From: Pachysolen tannophilus NRRL Y-2460
Lineage: Eukaryota
Assembly (NCBI GenBank): GCA_001661245.1
Contig: KV454012.1
Location: forward strand, 1,848,418-1,912,417
Length of the DNA stretch: 64,000 nt
Reading direction: 5' to 3'
Shown: one piece after another, positions 1-10,609 of the stretch
Layout of the letters: the number at the start of each line of letters is the position of its first letter
Position numbering within the stretch: position 1 is the first letter of the stretch
The notes under the pieces: model-generated
What the model was told of the DNA's origin: nothing
Databases searched by the model: none
What the model saw: the letters and a program-made list of their open reading frames with translations, nothing else
Position numbers and translations under genes: made by a program

Positions 1-602
1 AAATATACATTGATGGGGCTGCTAGGAATAATGGATCAAAGAAGGCATTAGCTGGGTATGGTGTATTTTTTGGTGACGGTGATGAGAGAAATGTTGGTTT
101 GCCCGTTAAGGGACCTTTCCAAACGAATCAAAGGGCTGAATTATTAGCAGCACAACATGCTATAACATCAATTTATAAAGAGTTGAAATTAAATAATATG
201 GTGCCCGTAATAAGGTATAAACTTAAAACAGATTCTCATTACGTTTTGAACTGTTTAACAAAATGGTATAAATCTTGGGAACAAAACAACTGGCAAATAA
301 CTAGATACAACCAGCACAACCATTTGAAAACAAAGAATACGAGATTCCATCATCATATCAATCTGAAATCATCCTCCTCATCAACACTTGGAGTTGAAAC
401 CATTAATTCTAAGAAAGAAGTTATGCATAAAGATATAATAAAACCTACTGTTGAGATGCTCAAGATAATAAATGGGGTTTACAAACAGAGAAACTGGGGG
501 GATTTGAAAATTGAATACGTCAAACTGCACTGTGGAATCTTTGGGAACGAGATGGCTGATAACTTAGCAAACCAAGGAGTTGATAGACAAAGTTATCTAT
601 AG
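1..602 (+). CDS. RNH1: Ribonuclease H1, 5'-truncated by the window edge (C-terminal RNase H domain)
   Basis: Frame 3 is open from base 3: IYIDGAARNNG...AGYGVFFG...QTNQRAEL...TDSHY...VK(CTG)HCGIFGNEMADNLA. All four acidic catalytic motifs are present. The ORF-track start at 99 is an internal TTG. Confidence 0.93.
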   Translation, partial: IYIDGAARNNGSKKALAGYGVFFGDGDERNVGLPVKGPFQTNQRAELLAAQHAITSIYKELKLNNMVPVIRYKLKTDSHYVLNCLTKWYKSWEQNNWQITRYNQHNHLKTKNTRFHHHINLKSSSSSTLGVETINSKKEVMHKDIIKPTVEMLKIINGVYKQRNWGDLKIEYVKLHCGIFGNEMADNLANQGVDRQSYL

Positions 603-915
603 TATAGAATTATATAGTGTATATACCATTTTACGCATTGGTGTACCACACACTTTGCGTTGCGCACCACGTATTGAGCACCATATAGACTCTATAGGCG
701 TATCGCTTAAAGTAAAATAAATGTGTACCGCATTTGTTTAGGAAGAATATCGTTAAATTGCGGAACCGTAAAAAAAAAAAAAGACAGAAAAAAGACAGAA
801 AAAAAAATAAAAACTTGCGTACGCATAACGTGCACTTAAATGTGCACACAAATAGTAGTAAAAAAAACACATTTTCTTAAATTGCGCACTACTTTTGTAT
901 TTGTTAAAGAAAACC

Positions 916-937
<22 letters not shown>

Positions 938-946
<9 letters not shown>

Positions 947-948
947 CA
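938..948 (-). promoter_or_regulatory. RRPE-like element (TGAAAATTTTT) upstream of eIF5B
   Basis: AAAAATTTTCA at the end of a poly(A) tract about 140 bp before the eIF5B ATG; RRPE is typical of translation and ribosome-biogenesis genes. Confidence 0.45.
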
Positions 949-1087
949 CCACCAAAACACTCACACACACTAACCAAAATTGGTTAAATTCTTTAATATA
1001 CATAAAATTAAAGAGATAGTATACTCGCGTGCTTTAGAAAAGATTATAACAATCAATTTCTAATATTAAGTCGAAAGGAAATCCATT

Positions 1088-4000
1088 ATGGCTAAAAAGT
1101 ATGTTTATTAAAGATGATTCGGGTTTGAAAAATTAATTAATTATATTTGCTTTTGCAATTTTTTTTTTATTTTTTTTTTGGTAATTTTGTAAAGAACTAT
1201 ATCGATGATGAATACTAACTTTGATTTTTCAGGACGAAGAAATCTAGTAAGTGGGAAGAAGATGATTGGGAAAATGATATCCCAAAGGCTGAGGAATCAG
1301 CAGATACCCCGGCTTTAGAGGCTGATGGGGAAGAATCGACACCTGTACCAGATGCGGAAGCAAAGACTCCTTCTGAACTTTCTGAACCACAAACTGCTTC
1401 TGCTGATAGTTTAGCAGGAGATTTTATGGCAACTTTGAAAAAATCGAAAAATAAGAAACAACAGAAAGATGAGAAGGAAAAGGAGGAAAAGGCCAAGCCA
1501 AATAACACTAAAGGACCAATCATTAAATCTAAGAAGGAAAAAGAGAAAGAAAAGAAAGAATTAGAAAAACAGAGGAAAAAGGAAATTGCAGAGAAGAAAA
1601 AAGCTGCTGCAGAGAAAAAGAAAGCTGAAGCTGAAGCTATAAGTGGAAAGCATGATTCACCTTCTCAAAAAGATAGTGGTAGTAGTACTTCTGGTGTAAA
1701 AAGTGGCGAAAATGAAAAAAACTCTTCAAACGTTGAAGATGAACTGAAAAATACTGCTGTAGAAGAAAAGAAACCTGCTGCAGCTGGGAAAAAAAAGAAG
1801 GTATTACCAAATATTGCAGCTTTAAAACGTCAATTGGAATTGAATAAAAAATTAGAAGAAGAACAGCGCTTACTGCAGGAAGAAGAAGATAGACAAGAAA
1901 GAGAGGTTGAAGAACGTGCCCTGGAAGAAGAAAGATTAAAAGAAGAAGCCAGACTTGCTAAGAAAGAAAGAGACAGATTGAAAAAAGAACAATTAAAAGC
2001 TGAGGGTAAATATTTAACCAAGAAACAAAAAGAAGAAAAGAAATTACAAGAACGCCGTAGAGAGCAATTATTGGCAAACTCAAATGTTACTGTTTCTGGA
2101 TTACAATCTGGTAATAATCCAAAGAAAGTTGTTTATTCCGATAAAAAGAAGAAAAAGAAGAAGAGTCCATCAGAAATTACTGAGACAGATAAGATCGCTG
2201 ATAAGGAAAGTTCAATTGAAAAAAATATCAATAATGGAAAATCTACAAACGGAGATGTTGATGAAAACAATGGAGAACAAGATGATTTTGTTGATGATTG
2301 GGAAAAAATTGCAGAAGAGAATGGGGAAACAGTTCTGGAAGATTGGGAAACTGTTTTAAAAGAAGAGGAAGATGAGAAAGTTGCTGATGCTAAAACAGCT
2401 GAACCAGTTGAAACCATTAAACCAGATGAAAGTATTTCTGAAAAGAAAGATTTTGAAAATGTTGTTGAACCTGTTGAGATATCAAAGAAGAAAGAATCAG
2501 AAGATTCTGTTGTTAAAAAACGTAGCAACAAAAAAAGCTTACCATCTCAATCAGAACCGGACCAGAAAGATTTACGTTCTCCAATTTGTTGTATCTTGGG
2601 TCATGTCGATACAGGTAAAACTAAGTTGTTAGATAAAATCCGTCAAACGAATGTTCAAGGAGGTGAAGCTGGAGGTATTACCCAACAAATTGGTGCTACC
2701 TACTTCCCAATTGATGCTATTAAAAAGAAGACTGCTGTCATGGCAAACTATGAGAAGCAAACTTTTGATGTTCCTGGTTTATTAATCATTGATACACCAG
2801 GTCATGAATCTTTTACTAATTTAAGATCAAGAGGTAGCTCGCTTTGTAACATTGCTGTTTTAGTTGTTGATATCATGCATGGTTTAGAACAACAAACAAT
2901 CGAGTCTCTTAGATTACTTCGTGACCGTAAGGCACCATTTATTGTTGCTTTGAACAAGATAGATCGTTTATATGATTGGAAGGCAATCCCAGACAATTCA
3001 TTCCGTGATTCGTTTGCTAAACAAAATAGAAGTGTTCAATCTGAATTCCAAGATAGATTGGATAAAGTCAAAGTTGCCTTAGCAGAACAAGGTCTTAACT
3101 CTGAATTATATTTCCAAAATAGAAATATGGCAAAATATGTATCTATTGTTCCAACTTCGGCTATTACTGGTGAAGGTGTTCCTGATTTGATTTGGTTATT
3201 ATTAGAATTGACACAAAAGAGAATGAGTAAGCAATTGATGTATCTTTCTAAGATTGAGGCCACTATTTTGGAAGTTAAAGTGGTTGAAGGTTTTGGTACT
3301 ACAATTGATGTTGTATTATCAAATGGTATCTTAAGGGAAGGTGATCGTATTGTTTTGTGTGGGTTGAATGGTCCAATTGCTACAAATATAAGAGCATTGT
3401 TAACTCCTCAACCTTTGAGAGAATTGCGTATCAAGTCGGAATATGTTCATAATAAGGAAGTTAAAGCAGCACTTGGTGTTAAAATTGCAGCAAATGATTT
3501 AGAAAAAGCTGTTGCTGGTTCTAGATTGTTGGTTGTACGTGAAGGTGACGATGAAGAAGATATGTTAGATGACGTTATGGAAGATTTGACTGGTCTTTTA
3601 GATTCTGTTGATACAACAGGTCGTGGTGTCACTGTTCAAGCTTCGACTTTGGGTTCTTTAGAGGCATTATTAGATTTCTTGAAAGATATGAAGATTCCTG
3701 TTATGTCTATTGGTTTAGGACCAGTTTATAAAAGAGATGTTATGAAAGCTACGACAATGTTAGATAAGGCCAAAGAATATGCTGTTATGCTTTGTTTTGA
3801 TGTCAAAATTGATAAAGAAGCTGAACAATATGCAGAAGAACAAGGAATCAAAATATTTAGTGCTGATATTATTTATCATCTTTTTGATGCATTTACCAGT
3901 TATCAGCAAAAATTACTTGAACAACGTCGTATTGATTTCATGGAATATGCCATCTTACCTTGTGTCTTGAAGACTATTCAAATTATTAATAAACGTAATC

Positions 4001-4374
4001 CTATGATTATTGGTGTTGATGTGATGGAAGGTTCTCTTCGTGTTGGTACTCCAATATGTGCTGTAAAAGTTGATCCAGTAACAAAAGAAAGAAATATTTT
4101 ATTGTTAGGAAAAGTTGTATCTTTGGAAGTCAACCATAAGTCTGAAAATGTTGTTAAAAAAGGTCAAACCAATGCAGGTGTTGCTATGAGATTGGAGAAT
4201 CCATCGTCTGCTCAACCAGTTTGGGGTAGACATCTTGATGAAAAAGATAATTTATACTCTTTGATTACAAGAAAATCTATTGATACTTTGAAAGATCCTG
4301 CTTTCAGGGACACAGTTGCAAGAGATGATTGGTTACTTATTAAAAATTTGAAAACAGTTTTCGATATCAAATGA
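1088..4374 (+). CDS. FUN12: Translation initiation factor eIF5B; join(1088..1098,1233..4374)
   Basis: GTPase motifs [22 protein letters not shown] and NKID, plus a K/E-rich N-terminus. Splicing gives [16 protein letters not shown], resembling the Fun12 N-terminus and in frame with the ORF at 1426. Confidence 0.96.
1099..1232 (+). other. Spliceosomal intron in eIF5B (134 nt)
   Basis: GTATGT at 1099, TACTAAC at 1213-1219, CAG ending at 1232; removal restores the frame. Confidence 0.9.
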
Positions 4375-5611
4375 TTTAAATTTTTTTTTTATGGCAGGAA
4401 AATTTTTAGCTTTTTTAATAATTGTTTATTATATATTGTCTTTTTTTTTGCCCATAACGTCCTTTTACTGTTTTTGTCCTTCTAATTGACTGTATCTATA
4501 AATCCATTTCATTTAGTGATCTCAAAATATTGTTAATCTTTTATCTGATGCGAACAATTTTCGCTTTTCAGTAAAAAAAAATAATAAAAATGAGAGGAGA
4601 AATAAAAAAATGCTTACATTTGTCTCACTTATCTCAAGGTTTTTCTTTTAAAATATGAATTTTGATAAAAATGAATAGTAATCCTAAATAAAAAAAAAAG
4701 AGATAAAAATCACACAAAAAAAATGTACTTAACAATAAAATCAATATAGTCTGAAACTTTTGGAATTAGTTTTTGCAATTCGTCTTTTGCTTCTCCAGAT
4801 GAAATAATGTGAATTTTTTTTTTGAAACGACAGTTATGATAAAAAAGATATATATAATAGTCCCAGACAAACTCTCTCTCTCTCTTTTTTTTTTTTGAAA
4901 TCTCTAAAAAATACAAAACAATAATAGTTACCACCCATACCTATACTTAGATAAACCAAAACTCATAATGATTAAAATTAATGATATGGAAGTTAAAAAA
5001 AAATAAAAGCAGCAACCATGACCACTACCACACCATAACAGCAACAACCAAAACAAAAATAAAAATAAAAAAAAAACACAACAAAAAAGTAAAAAAAAAA
5101 AAAAAATGAATTCAATTGTTTCACAGAATAGCACAGCATCTTCTTGTCTCGCCTTGAGGAGTAACTTGGAGTGTTTTATTTTATTTTATTTTATTTTATA
5201 TTATTTTTTATTTTTTTTTTTTATACATTTTATTTTTCATTTTTCACTTTTTTTTTTTTTATTTATTTTCATTTTTATTAATATTAATATTATTTTCACT
5301 TTTTAGATCATACTTTTCAGTCCTCTGTAAATAAACAAATCGTAACACTTCAAATGACAAAAATAAAATGGGGAAAAAAAAAACACAGATCGAATTGACA
5401 TACAGTCACACAAACATAAGACTGTTCAACCTTAAAAACACTCAAAAAAAAAAAAAAATAAAAACATATTGATATTAAAACAAAAAAAAAACCAACGTAC
5501 AATAAACCTTAATATACTTCATTGTCTTTTAAAAATCTCTAAACCAGATCCTTTTCTCTTTTTCCATTTTTTTTTCTTCAAGAAAAATTAAAAAAATTTT
5601 TTAAAAAAAAA

Positions 5612-6700
5612 TTAACTCCAAACAGACATGTCATTACCCCAAATATTGTTAGCACTAGTTTTAAAAATTACATTGTTGTTATAAGTATTGGCATTAAGGG
5701 AAGATCCCGATGTAGCGGAAGTTGAGTTTGTAACAGCTGGATCAGCAAAAGAATTCAAATTGAACTCTGTAATACCATGATTAACACCTTCAGCAACGCT
5801 ACTTAAATGATTTCTTTGATTTGCAAAAGCACCACCAAGGTTGACGTTTTTACCAACGGCAAAAGGGTCAAATTTAGGCGATAATATATCGGTAAAAGAA
5901 GGAGATGCAGAACCAGCAAGACCAAGACCACCACCAATAGAAACAGGGCCTGTTGCATTTGCATTTGCATTTGCAGCTGTAGTTGCAGCTGCTACTGCTA
6001 CTGGAGGATTGGTAACATTAGTTGCATTAGTAGAATTAGTGAAATTTGAAAAATTTGAAAAATTTGATGAAGCTGTTGACGAGATTGAGGAAGTTGAAGA
6101 CAAGTTATTATTAGTCAAGATATTAGCAGCAGAATTGGAAAACAAAATTGGTTGTTGTTGCGGCTGCTGTTGTTGAATTTGTACTTGAACTTGCTGTGCC
6201 CTTTGCGGTTGAAATCTCGGAGCCTGATGCTGGTGTTGCTGGTGCTGCTGGTGCTGTTGCGGTTGCTGATAGTGAGGAGAAACAGAGTTACTTCTTTGCT
6301 GATGCAGAGGATGCTGGTACCGATTTTGGACATTAAAAAGATTTTGTTGTTTAGCTGGTTGAATAATGCACCTCTGCTGTTTGTTAAACCCATTTTGTTG
6401 TTGAATATTCATACTATTATTCGAAGCAGTAAATGTCTTTCGATTTTGTTGGTAACGACGGTAATTAGCAATATGTTTATCAACATCTAAAAAATAAAAA
6501 GTTAGTATTATTTTTATTCATTTAAGGTTTTCCTTTTTTCTTTTTTATTTTTCAAAAAACTGAAATTTTTACGTACCATCAAATTGTTCGCTAAAAGGCA
6601 TAAGAACAAGATTTTGATTGTCTGTTTTTGATAAAATATCGGAAACACTTTGATCCTGCAAAATATGAGTCTGAGTTGGATAAGCAGCCATAATGTCCAT
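5612..6700 (-). CDS. YBL081W-like low-complexity Q/N/S-rich protein; complement(join(5612..6486,6577..6700))
   Basis: C-terminus IWGNDMSVWS and spliced N-terminal segment LVLMPFSEQFDDVDKHIANYRRY resemble my recollection of S. cerevisiae Ybl081w termini (IPFLSQNEDMDKYLLEYR ... IWNTDMSVWS). Spliced length is 999 nt, in frame. Confidence 0.75.
6487..6576 (-). other. Spliceosomal intron in the YBL081W-like gene (90 nt)
   Basis: Minus strand: GTACGT donor at 6576, TACTAAC (plus-strand GTTAGTA 6501-6507), TAG acceptor ending at 6487. Confidence 0.85.
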
Positions 6701-6823
6701 GAAACTATAAAACTGATATGCAAAATAAATATGAAAAAAAATTTTCCAAAACCAACCTCTAAATTATATAATATAACAAAAACCCAAAACCAAACAAACT
6801 TAACAAAAAATAAAAAAAAAAAC

Positions 6824-6863
<40 letters not shown>

Positions 6864-7765
6864 TGAAATTTAACTGTGTAAAAGTCTTTTTAACCTTTCA
6901 CTTTTCCTATTTTGATAAAAGTTTAAAAAGAAATATTAAATAAATATATTCCTTAAAAACCAATATTAATTAATAATAAAATAAATAAATATATATATGT
7001 ATATATATATATAAATGAAACTCTATATTATAATACATAATAAATATATATATATATATATGTTTGGTATTATTGAAATTTGTTGTACACAAAGCTTGTC
7101 GAAGCTCTGAAAAATTTTAAGCGCCGCTTTCCTAAAACGGTACATTTGGTATGTGCACGACAACGTAAATAATACTGGGGTCATTTTTAGGTCTTTTTGG
7201 GTCATTTTAGATCAATTGGGTCAATTTGATCAATTTGGGCCATTTAGAGAACCACAAGAAGAAGAATAGAGATAAGTACGAAAATGAGATGAGGACATAA
7301 TTTAACAGTGTAGTACGACTATGATAATCTTTTTTTCATCATTTTTCATTTTCTTGCTAATATATTGTTTCATATATTATTTTGCAGATACGATATGTTT
7401 GGTGTCTATTTATGGGAACAAGAAATATTTGGTAGCTACTATAATAATAATAATAGTAATAATTATAGTTCAATGGTAACTTTGTAGAATTAGTCTATAC
7501 TTTTCATCTACCAATGAGTGTGAGTGAAATTTTCAACGGTACAAAATTTTACGAGTATTTTTTGAATCAAATTAGATCAAGAAGACAGACACTCAAAAAA
7601 AAAAAAAAAAAAAAATTTTTGAAAAATCTCTTTTTTTAAATTTTCTTTCTTTCTTTATCTAATCTTTGCCGAAATGGATGATAATAAAAATAATTAATTA
7701 AAAAAAAAATATTTGAGTGAGTATACTATACTTTATTGATTAGAAAATTGTTTTTTAAAAAAAAA

Positions 7766-9100
7766 ATGAGTTCGAAAACAATTAATTTTTTTAAAGGACA
7801 TCCAACTTCAGATCTTTTACCATCATTAGAAATTCTTGAAGCAACAACAAATGTTTTGAAAGCTGCAGATGCAGAACCATTTAAATATGATAATGATACA
7901 GAAAATAGAAGTCCACTTCAATATGGATCTGATTTAGGTAATCTTGATATTAGACAAATTATAGCAAATTGGATTAATATTGGGTTTAATATTAATAATA
8001 CAAATTATCAAGTAAAACCAGAATATTTAAATTTAACTGCTGGTGCTAGTTATGGTATTATGAATGCTTTAGCACAAACAACTTCTCCACATAATGATAT
8101 TACAAGACAAGCTTTTATAATTACACCAACATATTATTTGATTAATGGTTCATTTATAGATGCTGGATTTGGTGGGAAATTGACTGCAATTGATGAATTT
8201 GATAATGGTCAACTTGATTTAAATTTATTAGAATCAAAATTAAAATATTTTGATTCTTTAAAACCAATTGAAAAAATAACTAAATTAGAACTTGAATCAA
8301 TAAATGATCCAAATAGAATTTTTAAAAAAATTTATAGATATGTGATTTATATAATTCCAAGTTTTTCAAATCCAAAAGGTGGTTCATTAAATAAAGAAAA
8401 TAGGTTAAAATTAATTGAATTAGCTAGAAAATATGATATGTTAATTATTTCCGATGATGTTTATGAATTATTAGATTATACAGTTCCATATGATATTAAA
8501 CCTTCTCCAACACAAAGATTTACAATGTTAGATAGACAAACTCTTTCTAAAGAAAATAAATTACAAAATTATGGTAATACACTTTCAAATGGAACTTTTT
8601 CTAAATTAATTTGTCCAGGTTTAAGAACTGGTTGGCAAGAAACTGCAACTGATAAATTATCATTTCAATTATCTCAAGGTGGTTCTAATAAATCAGGAGG
8701 TACTCCAGCTCAATTAAATACATTTATAGTTGCAGAATTGATAAAATCTGGACTTTTAGATAAAATTATTTCCAACTTACGTATGACATATTCAGAACGT
8801 TCAACAATTATTAAAAAAGCCATTATAAAGTATTTACCAAAAGGTACAATGATAAATGGTGGAAGTGGTGGATATTTTCTTTGGGTAACTTTACCAGATT
8901 CATACGATTGTAGAAAAATTGTTACAAAATGTAAAGAAAGAAATGTGATCTTGGCAAATGGTGATAATTTTGAAGTCACAGGTGATCATAGAAATTGGGG
9001 CCTGTCTTCAGTAAGATTATCCATAAGTTATTTAACAAAAGAAGATATTGAAGAAGGTATTAAAATTTGGGGTGAAGTTTGTAGAGAATATAGTTTGTAG
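7766..9100 (+). CDS. PLP-dependent class I/II aminotransferase, YER152C-like (2-aminoadipate transaminase-like)
   Basis: INFFKGHP start, SNPKG, ISDDVY, GTFSKLICPGLRTGW (PLP lysine), GGYFLWV. First ATG is at 7766. Lies near UBP3, as YER152C and YER151C do in S. cerevisiae. Confidence 0.88.
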   Translation: MSSKTINFFKGHPTSDLLPSLEILEATTNVLKAADAEPFKYDNDTENRSPLQYGSDLGNLDIRQIIANWINIGFNINNTNYQVKPEYLNLTAGASYGIMNALAQTTSPHNDITRQAFIITPTYYLINGSFIDAGFGGKLTAIDEFDNGQLDLNLLESKLKYFDSLKPIEKITKLELESINDPNRIFKKIYRYVIYIIPSFSNPKGGSLNKENRLKLIELARKYDMLIISDDVYELLDYTVPYDIKPSPTQRFTMLDRQTLSKENKLQNYGNTLSNGTFSKLICPGLRTGWQETATDKLSFQLSQGGSNKSGGTPAQLNTFIVAELIKSGLLDKIISNLRMTYSERSTIIKKAIIKYLPKGTMINGGSGGYFLWVTLPDSYDCRKIVTKCKERNVILANGDNFEVTGDHRNWGLSSVRLSISYLTKEDIEEGIKIWGEVCREYSL

Positions 9101-9211
9101 AGCGAAAAAAAAAAAATAAAAATAAAAAAATAAAAAAATAAAAAAAAAATGGAAGAAGCAAGAATGAATTAATTTATTTAATTATTTAATTAAATTATTG
9201 AGAGTAGTAAT

Positions 9212-9865
9212 ATGGATCAGATACTGGAATCTATTGCATCCACCGACAATGATAAGGATATATTATCTTCAGATGAGATAAATGAGTTAGTGAATAAGAC
9301 CATATCCAGTTTGTTTGTGCGATCAAATAATTCAGAAATCATTTTAAATCAACATGCATCTTTAATATTATCAAGTTTTTACCCCGAGATTTTTTTCAAA
9401 AGTTTAGTTCTTTTAGATTTAAAATCTATAAATATTTATAAATTAGATTCAAAGTTTAAAGATCAAATAGTTTTGATAGAAGAAAAGACAATTCCAAAGA
9501 AAGAGGGAATATTGGTAGAAAATGAGAATTTTAATCATTTCAAACAAGAAAACAATAAGGAAAAAAATCAAAATCAAACAGATTTAGTTATTGAAAAAAA
9601 TTTCAAACTAGATTTAACCAAACCGAAAAGCTTGGTTGATTTGGATAATAATTTTTGTAATTGCAAAGTTTTTGTTAAAAATTTAATGGATGATAACTCT
9701 GTATTAAAAGAATGTGAACATCTACTTTGTTTCAAAATATACAACTTGAACAAAAAATACTTGGCCTCACATGCTAATACAGAAACAATCTCTACAGATA
9801 CAACCTCTACTAATGGCCCTACAGGTCTTGTGCGCTGGTTAGCCTTGAATCAAACCATTATATAA
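9212..9865 (+). CDS. SWIM zinc-finger protein, probably Shu2/Sws1-like (Shu complex)
   Basis: FCNC...ECEHLL matches the CxC-Xn-CxH SWIM signature in a small 217-aa protein. Confidence 0.6.
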   Translation: MDQILESIASTDNDKDILSSDEINELVNKTISSLFVRSNNSEIILNQHASLILSSFYPEIFFKSLVLLDLKSINIYKLDSKFKDQIVLIEEKTIPKKEGILVENENFNHFKQENNKEKNQNQTDLVIEKNFKLDLTKPKSLVDLDNNFCNCKVFVKNLMDDNSVLKECEHLLCFKIYNLNKKYLASHANTETISTDTTSTNGPTGLVRWLALNQTII

Positions 9866-10334
9866 AACTACTAAATAAATTGTATGTACCCCACCCCCTT
9901 AACAAAAAGTAAAAAGTAAAAGTAGCTGTGAGTGTCATTAGCATTATTGATGTCACTAATTGATGTCACTGATCAGTGTCACTAATTTAGCGTCACGAAG
10001 TTAGCGTCACTAGTGACATTGGCGTCATCAACGTGGTCGTGCAATACAACTCCAAAAATCCTTTTTGGGAATTTTTTCGAAGAAAAATAAATTTTTTTTT
10101 AAATAAAAAAAAAAATAATTTTTAACAAAAAAAAAAAAAAAGGAAGGATAAAAATCTATCCAATATTATAAGAGATTAGAAAAATCAATCATTAACTATT
10201 AAAGAAGAAATTATACAATTGATTGATATTGGAAATTAATTTTTCTTTTTTTTAAAAAAAAATTCTGTAAAGTTTGTTTTCTTCTTCTTTTCTCTTTGTT
10301 TTGTTTTGTTTTTTTTCTTTTGTATTTAGTTTTT

Positions 10335-10400
<66 letters not shown>

Positions 10401-10609
10401 TTTCATTTTTAGTTCGTTTTCTTTTCCGGTCCTTTTCTAAAGTGTTCAGCTGTCTCTCTTATTTTTTATACGTTATCATCAGCTATCAAATCAGTTGCAT
10501 AAACTTGGTAACTATTTATCAATATAAAGGATATTAAAGTTTTATCCTTGGCATTTAATATAGGTTTGGTTATAAGATTGTATAAAAGAAAAAAAAAATT
10601 TTGTTCTCC

